Shown here: positions 9,601 through 21,400 of the stretch, one piece after another
Position numbering within the stretch: position 1 is the stretch's first letter
How the letters are laid out: every line of letters starts with the position of its first letter
IMG/VR virus record: IMGVR_UViG_3300044825_003843
Coordinates: 64,001-108,092 of that record
From: a virus
Taxonomy: Duplodnaviria > Heunggongvirae > Uroviricota > Caudoviricetes
Length of the DNA stretch: 44,092 nt
Reading direction: 5' to 3' (one strand)
Position numbers and translations under genes: made by a program
The notes under the pieces: model-generated
Seen by the model: only the letters and a program-made list of their open reading frames with translations
Databases searched by the model: none
Told to the model about the DNA's origin: nothing

Positions 9601-12308
9601 AAAACAAATATTCCACCAACCGTATTGGAATTGTAAGTATAACTTGCAAAGGTTGGTTGAGTATCTGCGGTAACTGTATTGAAAAATCTTTGTGCTTGTT
9701 CATCCGCATCTACCTGCGAAATTTCTGAAGTAAAAAATCCTTGCTCGAGTTCAAACTCATTCGGAAGAGGAATGTTCATTTCTCCTATCGTATCAACGCC
9801 ACCATATGTTGTACCATTAATAGAATTACTTTGATAAGTTGGTAAAGTTGTATACCTGTCGGGCACACCTGAGACTAAAGGTAACAAAAATAAGTCACCT
9901 ATTATGGTAATATTTGTCGATGGAGAATCTGGAAGTATACTGTATTGTCTTGGTGTTCTTGTGGCCGTATATGATACTTCTTTGTGAGTGACAGTTCCTG
10001 AAGAAAGTGTGTAAAAATACGCACCGTCACATACATAACCCGTCGGAACGGTACTTGTAAAGAATCTATCATAATATAAAGTACTTCCTGTAAATATGTA
10101 CGGTGTGTTGGTGGTCAAAACTCGTAGTTCTTTACAACATTCTGTAATTAGCTTGTTTAATCTCAAAGTCCACGCAATTATCCCTAAAACAATAAGAACA
10201 ACTGCAACTATTATAGCAATTTTGGGATTACTAACACACGCGGTAACTACTTTGTCAATTATTTGTATTTTTCCTGTTCTTCCTCCATTCCAGTTTCCTA
10301 TTTTCATTGCATTTCTTCTCTGTATCCTTTGAGCTTTTTGAGGACTTATAGTTCCGTTTCTATATCCTCCTCCACCCGTCACAACGACTTTCAATACTAG
10401 TAATCCCGCAACAACTGCGGCGGTTCCAATTATCGTATTTATTATACCAAATGCATTATTTCTCATTGCAGTTTCCAAGCCGTCATACTTTGTACGAGCA
10501 CCTGTAAAATTGTCTAAATAAGAATTCAATAAGTTAGTATAAGCATTTCCAAATTTTACGATTGCATATTCAGTACCTGTTACAACATAACAATTGTTGT
10601 TGGCTGCCGGGTCTTCAACATCAATCAGATTGAAAAACTTATCATTGGATTGAGCTTTTACTGTGTCTAATCCCATATAGTATCTATACCCTGCCGGTTG
10701 AATAACATTCGCTTGGAGTACCTTGTCACGTATCACTCCCATATCCGCAACCATGTGAACACAGGTGGGTAATAGTCTTCGTCCAGTTGCAGGTGTTTCT
10801 ATAATTTGGTTTGTAAAAAGAGAGGTTATTTTTTCTACGTCAGCATATCTTTTGAAAGCCTTTTTAGTTATTTTATATTGTGTTGTTGTTCCCCAATCCC
10901 TTCTAAAAGGGGAACCCACTTTATAGGTTGCACCACTTACAGAGTACCAGTAAGGAAATGCTGGTTGAATGAAATAATTATCGTTGAATAATACAGTGCT
11001 GTTTTTGGTCCAAGAAGCTAATGGAGTTATAGAATAAACTTTAGTTGTAAGTCTAGGACTAATAATTGAATCATAAGCCGAGTATACGTGTAATCCAGCG
11101 TTATATTTGTAAATGGGAATTCCAGTACAACTTGAACTTATAGTTGTAGTAATTTGGGGTCCCAAATTTTCAGCTTGTCCTTTACCTAAACAAATTTTTA
11201 CTTTCAACAATCCACTTCTAGGAGGAATAACTCTGAAGGTAACACTACTTACAGATGTATCTATCCTATATAAACCATCTTCGTATTGTGGAATGAAAAA
11301 AGGAGTCTGCGACACCGGAGTATCAGAATATGATACTTCACCAGGAGCTTGGACTGTTCTGCTAAATGCATCATCTTCGAAGGTTACATAAGTATAAAAA
11401 AGTGCAGGTGCGGTTTTGGTTATGGTAATACTATATATAGAATTTGAACCGCCTGGAAATTCTATGGTCGCACAATGTATCGAATATTGTTTAAAAGAAT
11501 ATTCACCAGCAATAAAAGTGTCATTTGTTCTCTCTTCCGTCTCGATTAATGGGTTTATATATGTATATCCTGTTGGATTGTGTGTATATGTCGACGTTCC
11601 ACTACAAGATATCAACGCACAATTATTGTTACAAATACCTATCAAAGTTTGTGTAAATGTTGAACCATCGTAATACCAAACTAAACCTCTAGTACGACCA
11701 CCAACGTCTGGCGGAACAATTCCTGAGTTATCTCCCCAATATCTGTAATACCCTGTTGGAAGAGGGATTGTAAGTTGGTCATCTAAAAACCAAACACCTT
11801 CATAAAAAGGGAAACCGACATTCCCATCTGTAACAAGTGCATATACTTTGAAGAACTCCGTATCGATGCAATCACAAGTGTCTAAAAAAGTAGTACCGCT
11901 ACAAAAAGTACCTTCCACTAAGTTAGTACTACAGTCTAACCCAATATTTAACTGACCTGTAGTTCCACCTGAAGTGGTTATTTCAAGAGTAATATAATTA
12001 TTTTGACCAGGATTTTCACCAAAATCTAAAAAGTGAATCAAATCTCTAGATGAAGTAATGTTTCCCAAGTTCCATGTTTGTCCTGTAACTTGAACATTGT
12101 CTCTATAATATATTATAGAAATGTTGACTGAGGAACCATTGTTAGATATATAATCGAGTGGGATTAAAATAAATTCTTTATTAACATCCACAACCAAAAA
12201 TTGTATATAGGTTGTAGAAGTACCTGTCCATTTAAACTCTTGGACACTACCACACTCATTTGTTAAATCAGTTCCTACGGGGGGACAATAGACTGTTACT
12301 TCATTCAT
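6696..12308 (-). CDS. Large multidomain putative virion protein (1870 aa) with an internal hydrophobic hairpin, a DUF5977-like motif and duplicated Cys modules on Thr-Pro linkers
   Basis: Long ORF; two hydrophobic segments at about 10165-10455; FTSEISQVDADEQAQ motif; C-terminal A-B-B-A domain repeats separated by TPT tracts. Confidence 0.8.
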   Translation of the reverse strand: MNEVTVYCPPVGTDLTNECGSVQEFKWTGTSTTYIQFLVVDVNKEFILIPLDYISNNGSSVNISIIYYRDNVQVTGQTWNLGNITSSRDLIHFLDFGENPGQNNYITLEITTSGGTTGQLNIGLDCSTNLVEGTFCSGTTFLDTCDCIDTEFFKVYALVTDGNVGFPFYEGVWFLDDQLTIPLPTGYYRYWGDNSGIVPPDVGGRTRGLVWYYDGSTFTQTLIGICNNNCALISCSGTSTYTHNPTGYTYINPLIETEERTNDTFIAGEYSFKQYSIHCATIEFPGGSNSIYSITITKTAPALFYTYVTFEDDAFSRTVQAPGEVSYSDTPVSQTPFFIPQYEDGLYRIDTSVSSVTFRVIPPRSGLLKVKICLGKGQAENLGPQITTTISSSCTGIPIYKYNAGLHVYSAYDSIISPRLTTKVYSITPLASWTKNSTVLFNDNYFIQPAFPYWYSVSGATYKVGSPFRRDWGTTTQYKITKKAFKRYADVEKITSLFTNQIIETPATGRRLLPTCVHMVADMGVIRDKVLQANVIQPAGYRYYMGLDTVKAQSNDKFFNLIDVEDPAANNNCYVVTGTEYAIVKFGNAYTNLLNSYLDNFTGARTKYDGLETAMRNNAFGIINTIIGTAAVVAGLLVLKVVVTGGGGYRNGTISPQKAQRIQRRNAMKIGNWNGGRTGKIQIIDKVVTACVSNPKIAIIVAVVLIVLGIIAWTLRLNKLITECCKELRVLTTNTPYIFTGSTLYYDRFFTSTVPTGYVCDGAYFYTLSSGTVTHKEVSYTATRTPRQYSILPDSPSTNITIIGDLFLLPLVSGVPDRYTTLPTYQSNSINGTTYGGVDTIGEMNIPLPNEFELEQGFFTSEISQVDADEQAQRFFNTVTADTQPTFASYTYNSNTVGGIFVFSHEIKIEDLPREVTCFYDNTNLSGLTIGKKIYLDSDGFSQVLSGYYAYETETNYREFALVLSGTVEDIFIMTSSASTTVTSTLTGGTKNVIQTQKDFTSGWYTSSAQPEESILVPKKWGTSQFYNSSEIKRGFVRTPVSADTFYTYTTNNGIATTYEEAESFYYNEILTLEESFFYFRSNTLLIDQEQVCTLTGSGINFIIKTISGDTTNSGYGVQFVAAIYTASTFDSSYTISIQGSESSKLLELPEAYNGQITSVSITGYTSQNPINKTLYSAGTFTSCVRPTSTPTQTPTITSTPTVTPSITPTRTATPPVTPTNTSTPTRTGTPTPSVTSPGTQIQLATAQNDECVACRLTTYSTVGYVSPVDTTPSVNDVVYTNSTLTNVFNGASQWFKTSWSPNATQYSIQISASGVVLAVKDCSTCPSVTPTPTVTATPTPTNTPAITSTPTNSITPTNTVTPTITRTVTPTITRTPTVTPTPTSPAIQYNLDPTNFTTAENACRNGVLGGTVKYLPPTYTTPQTGIIVYNDSNLTATYDGGDQYHKMFRGASSWAVRIGTGGLISDVVDCSTIPSLTPTPTVTTTPTPTVTATPTRTATPSITPTNSLTPTNTITPTTTPTITSTNTATPTTTPTPTSPGIQYNLDPTNFTTAENACRNGVLGGTVKYLPPTYTTPQTGIYVYNESTLTTFYDGGEQYHKMFRGGSSWAVRIGTGGLISDVVDCSTIPSLTPTPTVTTTPTITPTNTVTPTITPTTTPLGSAIQLSTPQNDDCVACRLTTYSQTRYVNPTDSTPTVNDIVYQDINLTTLFNGNSQWFKTTWGAPTEYSIQIGTNGQVLAVTNCSTCPSQTPTPTITTTPTITPTVTVTTSQTPAETSTPTPTETPSSTPIPCFEYIATADQTDIDNSESGVYFEYVDCSGVNQTLNRGTVTPSNPVCARSVGSIYIIVNGFPSSAGGSFWSAPGDSCSV

Positions 12309-12319
12309 ATATACTATAA

Positions 12320-12625
12320 TTATGGCGTAGGATTATTAATAACTGCGTATGCATTTCCGAGTAAAGTTTGTTGTAAGTTCAGAATTCTTATAATATCGTT
12401 ATATTGTTGTTGGTCAACATCTGCAGGAAATTCCCCATCCCAAATATATTGTCCTTCTTTATCACTGTATAACAATAAATTAGTTTTTCTAGCCTGTTGC
12501 AAATACAAACTAAAATGAAGTTGGAAATAGTTTACATTTTCTGAGATTTGAAACCATACTACTTTTCCAACATTTCCGAAGTAGCTATTATATGTCACTT
12601 GAGGTATTGATAATGGTGTTGCCAT
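12320..12625 (-). CDS. Hypothetical protein (101 aa)
   Basis: Fills the gap between two large genes with 10-11 nt spacers; ATG start; no motif recognised. Confidence 0.75.
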   Translation of the reverse strand: MATPLSIPQVTYNSYFGNVGKVVWFQISENVNYFQLHFSLYLQQARKTNLLLYSDKEGQYIWDGEFPADVDQQQYNDIIRILNLQQTLLGNAYAVINNPTP

Positions 12626-12635
12626 TTTTTTTTAT

Positions 12636-15600
12636 TTAGTTTGGATTATCTGCCTGCCCAACACAAGCTCCTAAGTTTACTATTCTACCACCTGTTGGTG
12701 TTGTTCTTGAACAAACCGGTCCTGCGTTTGCTCCTGCTTGTACGAATATTTGTGTGGTAATTCCTGTAGAACAATCAACATATTCATATGTTGTACTGAA
12801 ACTATTTGGACCTAAGTAATAACTTATGCATGATGCATTATTTGATGGTGTAATTGTTGTTGTAGGTGTTGGAGAAGGTACAAGTCCTGAAGTTTTTGTA
12901 GGTGTTGGGGTTAAGGTACTTGTTGGAGTTGGTGTCAATGTTGTACAATTCGAACAACTTGTACTTGCAGTCACTGTGTTGTTTCCGTTTATCACATTAA
13001 CTAATCTATATTGACCACTGTATTGAATATAATATGAACCTGTACTATATTGACCAAATGATGGATTTGTATATGTTGTACAGTTACAGAATGAAGTACC
13101 GTTACCTTCTGTAGGGTCAGGGTTGAATAATATTGCATTACAAGCCCCGGCAATCGTTCCATATAGGTCAGACGTTACTTCTGAGAATAGAGGTGCGTTA
13201 CAATTATAGAGGTAAGGACAACTCACACAAACATCCATGGTCACATTATTGAAATTACCTGAACTGTTATTGGCAAAAACAGATAAGTCCATCGCAGTTC
13301 CCAAATTAAATCCTATAAATCCAACCGTCTTTGTTATTGATTGTGTTGGGGAAGTAAATTGAAATACCTCACCTAACCCCTCTTGTAAATTACCAACGAA
13401 TACTTCAAAAATACTCGTTGCGCCAGTCACTGATATTGTAACATCAACATTTCCATAACTTTGTCCTAATTCTACAATTCCATTGTATGTTGTAGCGTTT
13501 GGCTCAGTTATTATCAAATTGAAGCAAGTATCACAAGTATATACGACAGGTAGACAGTTTGCCACAGGAACAATTGATGAAGTTATATTCGTATAACAAT
13601 CATTTCCATTATAGACTATACACAAAATTGGCGCTACCCCGCAGTTATCGATACAAACATCAGTAGCATACGTTCCTGAAAAATTATAAGTATTTTGATT
13701 TATTGTATTATCATTCAAACAATCAGGGTAAGTCAAATAAACTGCGCCATTATCACTCAAGTCCAAATCTGCTTGCGTTATGATAACATCATAACTAGTA
13801 CAACCTGTACAATATCCTGCAGATGTTGTCACTGTTGGAGTCACAGTATTTGTTGGTGTAAGTGTATTAGTCGGAGTTATAGTATTAGTTGGAGTTATTG
13901 TATTAGTCGGAGTTATTGTTGGGGTATTTGATGATGTTGCTGTTGGAGTTGTAGTTGGTGTTGTCGTATTCGTAGCAGTTATTGAAGGTGTTACAGTTGG
14001 TGTTGTCGTATTTGTCGGTGTTGGCGTTTGTGATGCACCTTCGCTCATTGTCATTGTTGGAGTAACACTATTAGTAGGAGTTATTGTTGGCGTGACAGTT
14101 GGAGTTTCCGTATTAGTTGGAGTCACTGTATTTGTTGGTGTCTCAGTGTTCGTAGGTGTGATAGTATTAGTTGGAGTTATCGTTGGTGTTTCCGTATTAG
14201 TTGGAGTCACTGTATTTGTTGGTGTCTCAGTGTTCGTAGGTGTGATAGTATTAGTTGGAGTTATAGTTGGAGTTTCTGTCAAAGTTGGTGTTGGTGTTTG
14301 AGAAGCTCCCTCACTTGGAGTATTTGTCGGAGTTATGGTATTTGTCGGAGTTATTGTTGGAGTAACAGTATTTGTTGCAGTTATCGAAGGTGTAACTGTT
14401 GGTGTTTCAGTGTTTGTTGCAGTTATCGAAGGTGTAACTGTTGGTGTTTCAGTGTTTGTTGCGGTTATAGAGGGGGTTACTGTCGGAGTTTCAGTATTTG
14501 TTGCAGTTATAGAAGGGGTTACTGATGGTGTAGTTGTATTTGTCGGAGTTATGGTAGGAGTTTCTGTCAAAGTTGGTGTTGGTGTTTGAGAAGCACCTTC
14601 ACTTGGAGTATTAGTAGGAGTTATGGTATTTGTTGGAGTTATTGTTGGTGTTTCAGTATTGGTAGGGGTTATAGTATTTGTCGGAGTTATTGTCGGAGTT
14701 TCAGTGTTTGTTGGAGTAACCGTATTTGTTGGTGTTTCAGTGTTTGTAGGCGTAGTAGTGTTAGTCGGTGTAATAGTGTTAGTTGGAGTTATTGTTGGTG
14801 TTTCAGTATTTGTAGGCGTAATTGTGTTCGTTGGAGTTATCGTAGGAGTATTAGACCTAGTCGGTGGAGGGAATGTTTCTGTTGGAGTAGTTGTTATGGT
14901 GTTGGTTGGTGTTATCGTAGGTGTTTCAGTATTTGTAGGTGTCTGTGTATTAGTCGCTGTCACAGTGTTAGTTGGTGTAATAGAAGGTGTAACTGTTGGA
15001 GTTGGTGTTAAAGTAGGTGTTGGTGTTTGAGATGCTCCTTCACTTGAGGTATTTGTTGGGGTTATAGTATTAGTTGGTGTAACAGAAGGAGTTTCAGTAA
15101 TAGTTGGAGTTATAGTTGGGGTAGTTGTATTTGTGGATGTTACTGTAGGTGTATTAGACCTAGTCGGTGGAGGGAATGTTTCGGTCGGTGTTGTTGTTAC
15201 TGTATTAGTAGGTGTGATGGTTGGTGAAGTTGTATTTGTTGGTGTTATTGTATTAGTCGGAGTAATAGTGTTAGTTGGTGTTATTGTATTAGTCGGAGTA
15301 ATAGTGTTAGTTGGTGTTATTGTGTTTGTTGGTGTTATAGATGGTGTTGTTGTATTTGTTGTTGTTACCGTAGGAGTATTAGACCTAGTCGGTGGAGGGA
15401 ATGTTTCAGTAGGTGTAGTTGTAACTGTGTTTGTTGGTGTTATAGTATTAGTTGGAGTTATCGTTGGAGTAATAGTTGGAGTTTGAGTATTTGTTGCTGT
15501 AGGTGTTTGTGATGCACCAGGACTACTTGTGTTAGTTGGTGTTACAGTATTTGTTGGAGTTATGGATGGTGTAAGAGTATTAGTTGGAGTTAACGTGTTT

Positions 15601-18389
15601 GTCGGGGTAACAGTATTAGTAGAAGTTATGGATGGTGTAATAGTGTTAGTTGGTGTTATTGTATTTGTAGGTGTGACAGTGTTGGTTGGTGTTATAGTGT
15701 TAGTTGGTGTTATTGTTGGAGTGTTAGACCTTGTTGGCGGAGGGAATGTCTCAGTCGGTGTAATTGTAACAGTATTTGTCGGAGTTATTGTTGGGGTTTG
15801 AGTAACAGTTGGCGTTACAGTATTAGTTGGTGTTACTGTTGGAGTGTTAGACCTAGTCGGTGGAGGGAATGTTTCTGTTGGTGTAGTTGTAACAGTGTTT
15901 GTCGGAGTTATAGTGTTTGTTGGAGTTATCGTATTTGTTGGTGTTACAGTATTTGTCGGTGTAATAGTATTGGTAGGAGTTATTGTGTTTGTTGGTGTAA
16001 TTGTATTAGTTGGAGTTATTGTTGGAGTATTAGACCTAGTCGGTGGAGGGAATGTTTCAGTTGGAGTTGTTGTTACGGTGTTGGTTGGTGTAATAGTATT
16101 AGTCGGAGTGATGGTGTTTGTTGGTGTTATGGTATTAGTTGGTGTTACAGTGTTGGTTGGTGTTATTGTATTAGTTGGTGTTACAGTGTTAGTTGGAGTT
16201 ATGGTTGGAGTGTTAGACCTAGTTGGTGGAGGGAATGTTTCGGTTGGTGTAGTTGTAACAGTATTTGTCGGAGTTATAGTGTTTGTTGGAGTTATCGTAT
16301 TAGTTGGAGTTATTGTATTAGTTGGTGTTATAGTATTTGTCGGAGTGATTGTGTTAGTTGGAGTTATCGTATTAGTTGGAGTTATAGTATTGGTTGGGGT
16401 TATGGTGTTAGTTGGAGTTATTGTGTTAGTTGGAGTTATGGTGTTAGTTGGAGTTATTGTTGGAGTGTTAGACCTTGTTGGTGGAGGGAATGTTTCGGTT
16501 GGGGTATTAGTTACGGTATTTGTTGGAGTAATTGTATTAGTTGGTGTTGTTGTGTTAGTTGGTGTAATAGTATTAGTAGGTGTTTGGGTATTTGTTGGTG
16601 TAATAGTATTAGTTGGTGTTATTGTGTTTGTAGGAGTTATTGTAGGAGTGTTAGACCTTGTTGGTGGAGGGAATGTTTCGGTTGGGGTATTAGTTACGGT
16701 ATTTGTTGGAGTAATTGTTGGTGTTTCTGTGTTGGTAGGAGTTAAAGTATTTGTTGGTGTTACGGTATTAGTTGGAGTTATAGTATTAGTAGGGGTAATT
16801 GTAGGCGTTTCTGTAACAGTTGCCGTTGGAGTTTCAGTCGGTGTTTCTGTAATAGTTGGAGTTGGGGTTGAAGTTTGTGTTGGAGTTGGAGTAAGTACAC
16901 AATTGATAGGGAATGGAGCAGTGACTGTATTTCCAGAACCAATAAAAAAGACTTGTCCAACGGAAATCGAACCTGTAGGCCCCAAAATAGGAACTCCAGT
17001 ACAACCTACTCTATAGAACCTATTAGCGAGTCCTGTTAATATTGCAGTTGGATATAGATTTTGACCAGTATTAACTGTTCTGTTATAGAAATAATACGGT
17101 GGAAAAGTTGTTCCATTCGCTAGTGGAGGAGCTTGTATCTGAAATCTCGACCCAACAGCTATATCGTCGAAATTGAGGGACTTACTACACGCATTATTAC
17201 CTCCAGGTACTAATGTATTATTAACCAAATATAAACAATTGTTTGATGCACAAGCCTCTTCCAAAGTAGTACCCACGGAAACTGGAATGACTTGTCTTGC
17301 TGGTTGGCAGTTTCCAGGACACAAAGTTCCATTAGAACCATCAGTTCGTATTAATCTTGGCACAAGTGTTCCTGTAGTCGGATTTGTTACCATTTGTATT
17401 TGTATGAACCAACCATCATAAACAAAATAAATTCCCGCAGGAATTGTTGAAGTGAAAGCCGGAACATTTAAAGGTGTTCCCGAACAATCACTATAGAAAG
17501 TCATGTTTGCACAATCATAAGGTGCAACACTTCCCATCGTAGAACTCCAAAAAGTCAGAATGTCAGCACTTATATCTGTTTCTGTGTATACATAAATTGT
17601 AATAGAACCAACCGAACCTGCGAAATTATTCATCGCCTCATTCATGGTATTACCCGTATAAACAGTAATTTCTTGACAAAATCCTCCAGCAATAGGAACT
17701 GCTAAAACTGTTGCATTTGTTTGTAGTTCTGTAGTGGTAAATCCTGAACTTGAACCAGAGTTATAGGTACCAATTGTAGTACTTAATTCAGTCATAACCC
17801 CTCCTACTTCTTGGAAGAATTTCAGACTTTCATATCTTGTTTGGTCTATGTTTTCAAATGGTATGCCTATTGTGATAGGATAGGTAATATTAATTCCACT
17901 TGTTTCAAAACTATAAGATTCAATAGTATTTGAAAGGTAATAATTTGTTGTAATCACATTACCTGTTAAATTAGTTCCCTCGGTTATATTTTCTTCGGAA
18001 CCAGGTATCACTGAAAAATATCCTCCAGGAGCGCCAGGAACTGTTCCACCACTTGTAAATTCTATTGTGACAGGTGTTCCTGAGTTTGGTATCGAATAAT
18101 TAAAACTTGTACCAGCACTGATTGAACCTTGTGGAATATCAATCGCCGATATTGCATATATTTCTTGAGCCCATGAGAGCGAATCATTACTACCTTCTAT
18201 TGTAACAAGTGAAATACTTGGGTTAGCAAGTCCTGAAAATGTGATAACACCGGTTTCTCCATCGATTGAAATATAACTATCTATATCAGGTTCCGTCGAA
18301 ACAATTTCATATAGTTCAACTTTCCCTCCTAATTTTATGGGAAATTTTTGACTTACTTCATTAGGTCTTGATATTATATAACTCGGCAT
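12636..18389 (-). CDS. Mucin-like putative virion protein (1917 aa): globular N-terminus, about 1000-aa TPTNTI stalk, Cys-rich C-terminal modules
   Basis: Long ORF; Thr/Pro/Asn/Ile repeat at about 13820-16895; TATTTAT motif upstream. Confidence 0.8.
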   Translation of the reverse strand: MPSYIISRPNEVSQKFPIKLGGKVELYEIVSTEPDIDSYISIDGETGVITFSGLANPSISLVTIEGSNDSLSWAQEIYAISAIDIPQGSISAGTSFNYSIPNSGTPVTIEFTSGGTVPGAPGGYFSVIPGSEENITEGTNLTGNVITTNYYLSNTIESYSFETSGINITYPITIGIPFENIDQTRYESLKFFQEVGGVMTELSTTIGTYNSGSSSGFTTTELQTNATVLAVPIAGGFCQEITVYTGNTMNEAMNNFAGSVGSITIYVYTETDISADILTFWSSTMGSVAPYDCANMTFYSDCSGTPLNVPAFTSTIPAGIYFVYDGWFIQIQMVTNPTTGTLVPRLIRTDGSNGTLCPGNCQPARQVIPVSVGTTLEEACASNNCLYLVNNTLVPGGNNACSKSLNFDDIAVGSRFQIQAPPLANGTTFPPYYFYNRTVNTGQNLYPTAILTGLANRFYRVGCTGVPILGPTGSISVGQVFFIGSGNTVTAPFPINCVLTPTPTQTSTPTPTITETPTETPTATVTETPTITPTNTITPTNTVTPTNTLTPTNTETPTITPTNTVTNTPTETFPPPTRSNTPTITPTNTITPTNTITPTNTQTPTNTITPTNTTTPTNTITPTNTVTNTPTETFPPPTRSNTPTITPTNTITPTNTITPTNTITPTNTITPTNTITPTNTITPTNTITPTNTITPTNTITPTNTITPTNTVTTTPTETFPPPTRSNTPTITPTNTVTPTNTITPTNTVTPTNTITPTNTITPTNTITPTNTVTTTPTETFPPPTRSNTPTITPTNTITPTNTITPTNTITPTNTVTPTNTITPTNTITPTNTVTTTPTETFPPPTRSNTPTVTPTNTVTPTVTQTPTITPTNTVTITPTETFPPPTRSNTPTITPTNTITPTNTVTPTNTITPTNTITPSITSTNTVTPTNTLTPTNTLTPSITPTNTVTPTNTSSPGASQTPTATNTQTPTITPTITPTNTITPTNTVTTTPTETFPPPTRSNTPTVTTTNTTTPSITPTNTITPTNTITPTNTITPTNTITPTNTITPTNTTSPTITPTNTVTTTPTETFPPPTRSNTPTVTSTNTTTPTITPTITETPSVTPTNTITPTNTSSEGASQTPTPTLTPTPTVTPSITPTNTVTATNTQTPTNTETPTITPTNTITTTPTETFPPPTRSNTPTITPTNTITPTNTETPTITPTNTITPTNTTTPTNTETPTNTVTPTNTETPTITPTNTITPTNTETPTITPTNTITPTNTPSEGASQTPTPTLTETPTITPTNTTTPSVTPSITATNTETPTVTPSITATNTETPTVTPSITATNTETPTVTPSITATNTVTPTITPTNTITPTNTPSEGASQTPTPTLTETPTITPTNTITPTNTETPTNTVTPTNTETPTITPTNTITPTNTETPTNTVTPTNTETPTVTPTITPTNSVTPTMTMSEGASQTPTPTNTTTPTVTPSITATNTTTPTTTPTATSSNTPTITPTNTITPTNTITPTNTLTPTNTVTPTVTTSAGYCTGCTSYDVIITQADLDLSDNGAVYLTYPDCLNDNTINQNTYNFSGTYATDVCIDNCGVAPILCIVYNGNDCYTNITSSIVPVANCLPVVYTCDTCFNLIITEPNATTYNGIVELGQSYGNVDVTISVTGATSIFEVFVGNLQEGLGEVFQFTSPTQSITKTVGFIGFNLGTAMDLSVFANNSSGNFNNVTMDVCVSCPYLYNCNAPLFSEVTSDLYGTIAGACNAILFNPDPTEGNGTSFCNCTTYTNPSFGQYSTGSYYIQYSGQYRLVNVINGNNTVTASTSCSNCTTLTPTPTSTLTPTPTKTSGLVPSPTPTTTITPSNNASCISYYLGPNSFSTTYEYVDCSTGITTQIFVQAGANAGPVCSRTTPTGGRIVNLGACVGQADNPN
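13820..16895 (-). repeat. Degenerate 18-nt (TPTNTI) coding tandem repeat with nine [11 protein letters not shown] and five (E/P)GASQTPT insertions
   Basis: Seen directly in DNA (GTTGGAGTTATTGTATTA-like units; nine GGAGGGAATGT copies) and in the translation. Boundaries are approximate. Confidence 0.95.
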
Positions 18390-18405
18390 CTCGTTTTGTT
18401 ACAAA

Positions 18406-18412
18406 ATAAATA
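18406..18412 (-). promoter_or_regulatory. TATTTAT motif, putative phage late promoter
   Basis: GTATTTAT on the coding strand, 16 nt before the ATG at 18389. Confidence 0.5.
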
Positions 18413-18430
18413 CTTCGAATAATGATTATA

Positions 18431-21400
18431 TTATGCACATGCCCCAGCATCTGTTAATCCACCATTAAGATAATTTTGAGAAAGGTAAGAAGTTGGGTTA
18501 ATGTATATTATCGAAGCACTAAGTAAGAAATCATCAGGTCCTGTTGAAAGTGTACTGAAGTCTTTAGAACCATTTGCAGGAATGAACACTTGTGTGAAGT
18601 TACCTGGTCCTGTTTCTATAGTTTCATAGTCAATACCAATTTCAATCTGAGTCAAAACGTTAACTGAGTTTGTTCCATAAGCTCCAGGAGTCGCATCTGC
18701 ATATCCATTGAAAGTTATCAACCACTCTGAACCATTGAATTGTGGTACAGGTTCAACGCACACACTTATATAGATGTCTAAGAATGGTGTTTGTGTCACT
18801 GTAGGAGTAATAGTTGTTGTTGGTGTTATTGTTGGAGTATTAGACCTTGTCGGTGGAGGTGCCGTTTCGGTAGGTGTGACTGTGGTAGTATTGGTTGGAG
18901 TTATCGAAGGAGTAACAGTATTAGTTGGTGTTATTGTAGGAGTTGTTGTTGTGGTAGGTGTATTTGTTCTTGTAGGTGGTGGAGCAGTTTCAGTAGGTGT
19001 AATACTCGGTGTTATTGTTGGAGTGGCAGTACGAGTTAGAGTTGGTGTTGGTGTATTAGTTCTTGTAGGGTTAGGGGTTCTTGTATTTGTTGGTGTTATT
19101 GTGTTAGTTGGAGTTATTGACGGAGTCGCAGTCCTTGTTGGAGTAATAGTATTAGTTGGAGTTATTGACGGAGTAATAGTATTTGTTGGAGTAATAGTAT
19201 TAGTTGGAGTAATAGTATTAGTTGGAGTTATTGACGGAGTAATAGTATTAGTCGGAGTTATTGTGTTGGTTGGAGTTATTGAAGGAGTAACTGTATTTGT
19301 TGGAGTAATAGTATTAGTTGGAGTAATAGTATTAGTTGGAGTTATTGTGTTGGTTGGAGTTATTGAAGGAGTAACTGTATTAGTTGGGGTTATTGTGTTT
19401 GTCGGGGTTATTGTGTTGGTTGGAGTTATTGAAGGAGTAACTGTATTAGTTGGAGTAATAGTATTAGTTGGAGTTATTGATGGTGTCGCAGTCCTTGTTG
19501 GCGTAATAGTATTAGTTGGAGTTATTGTGTTGGTTGGAGTTATTGAAGGAGTAACTGTATTAGTTGGGGTAACTGTATTAGTCGGAGTAATAGTATTCGT
19601 AGGTGTTATTGATGGAGTAACTGTATTAGTTGGGGTAACTGTATTAGTCGGAGTAATAGTATTCGTAGGTGTTATTGATGGAGTAACTGTATTAGTTGGA
19701 GTAATAGTATTAGTTGGAGTTATCGATGGTGTTACACTATTAGTTGGAGTGATTGTGTTAGTAGGGGTTATAGATGGTGTTAATGTATTAGTTGGAGTTA
19801 TTGTGTTAGTTGGAGTTATTGTATTTGTTGGTGTAATTGACGGTGTTATTGTATTTGTTGGTGTAATTGTATTTGTAGGTGTGATAGATGGAGTAAGAGT
19901 ATTAGTTGGCGTTAAAGTATTGGTTGGTGTAATAGATGGAGTAGTAGTATTCGTTGGGGTTATTGTATTTGTAGGAGTTATTGAAGGTGTTGTAGTGTTA
20001 GTTGGGGTTATTGTATTTGTTGGAGTTATTGTATTCGTTGGTGTAATTGATGGTGTTATAGTATTAGTTGGCGTGATGGTATTAGTTGGTGTTATTGATG
20101 GAGTGATAGTATTGGTTGGAGTGATGGTATTTGTAGGAGTTATTGAAGGTGTTGTAGTGTTTGTTGGAGTAGTTGTATTTGTTGGAGTTATTGTATTAGT
20201 TGGAGTTATTGAAGGTGTTATTGTATTTGTAGGAGTAATTGTGTTAGTAGGAGTATTAGTATTGGTAGGTGTGATAGATGGAGTAATAGTATTTGTTGGT
20301 GTTATTGTATTCGTTGGTGTTATGGTGTTGGTTGGAGTTATAGATGGAGTAACTGTATTAGTTGGGGTTATCGTAGGGGTGTTAGACCTAGTTGGCGGAG
20401 GGAATGTCTCAGTCGGCGTATTTGTTACAGTATTGGTTGGAGTTATCGATGGTGTTATTGTGTTCGTTGGAGTAATAGTGTTAGTTGGAGTTATTGTGTT
20501 CGTTGGAGTAATAGTGTTAGTTGGAGTTATTGTGTTCGTTGGAGTAATAGTATTTGTTGGTGTTATTGATGGTGTGACGCTATTAGTTGGAGTTATTGTA
20601 TTAGTTGGAGTAATAGTGTTAGTTGGTGTTATTGATGCTGTTACAGTATTGGTTGGAGTAATAGTATTTGTCGGTGTGATAGTATTCGTTGGAGTTATCG
20701 ATGGTGTTATTGTGTTCGTTGGAGTAATAGTGTTAGTTGGAGTTATTGTGTTCGTTGGTGTAATAGTATTAGTTGGTGTTATTGTGTTAGTTGGTGTAAT
20801 AGTATTCGTTGGCGTTATTGACGGAGTAATAGTATTAGTTGGTGTTATTGTGTTAGTTGGTGTAATAGTATTCGTTGGCGTTATTGACGGAGTAATAGTA
20901 TTAGTTGGTGTTATTGTGTTAGTTGGTGTAATAGTATTCGTTGGTGTTATTGATGGTGTTATTGTATTTGTTGGAGTAATAGTGTTAGTTGGAGTTATTG
21001 TGTTCGTTGGTGTAATAGTATTAGTTGGTGTTATTGTGTTAGTTGGTGTAATAGTATTCGTTGGCGTTATTGACGGAGTAATAGTATTAGTTGGTGTTAT
21101 TGTGTTAGTTGGTGTAATAGTATTCGTTGGCGTTATTGACGGAGTAATAGTATTAGTTGGTGTTATTGTGTTAGTTGGTGTAATAGTATTCGTTGGTGTT
21201 ATTGATGGTGTTATTGTATTTGTTGGTGTTATGGTGTTGGTTGGAGTTATAGATGGTGTTACACTATTAGTTGGGGTTATCGTAGGGGTGTTAGACCTAG
21301 TTGGCGGAGGGAATGTCTCAGTCGGCGTATTTGTTACAGTATTGGTTGGAGTTATCGATGGTGTTATTGTGTTCGTTGGAGTAATAGTGTTGGTTGGTGT

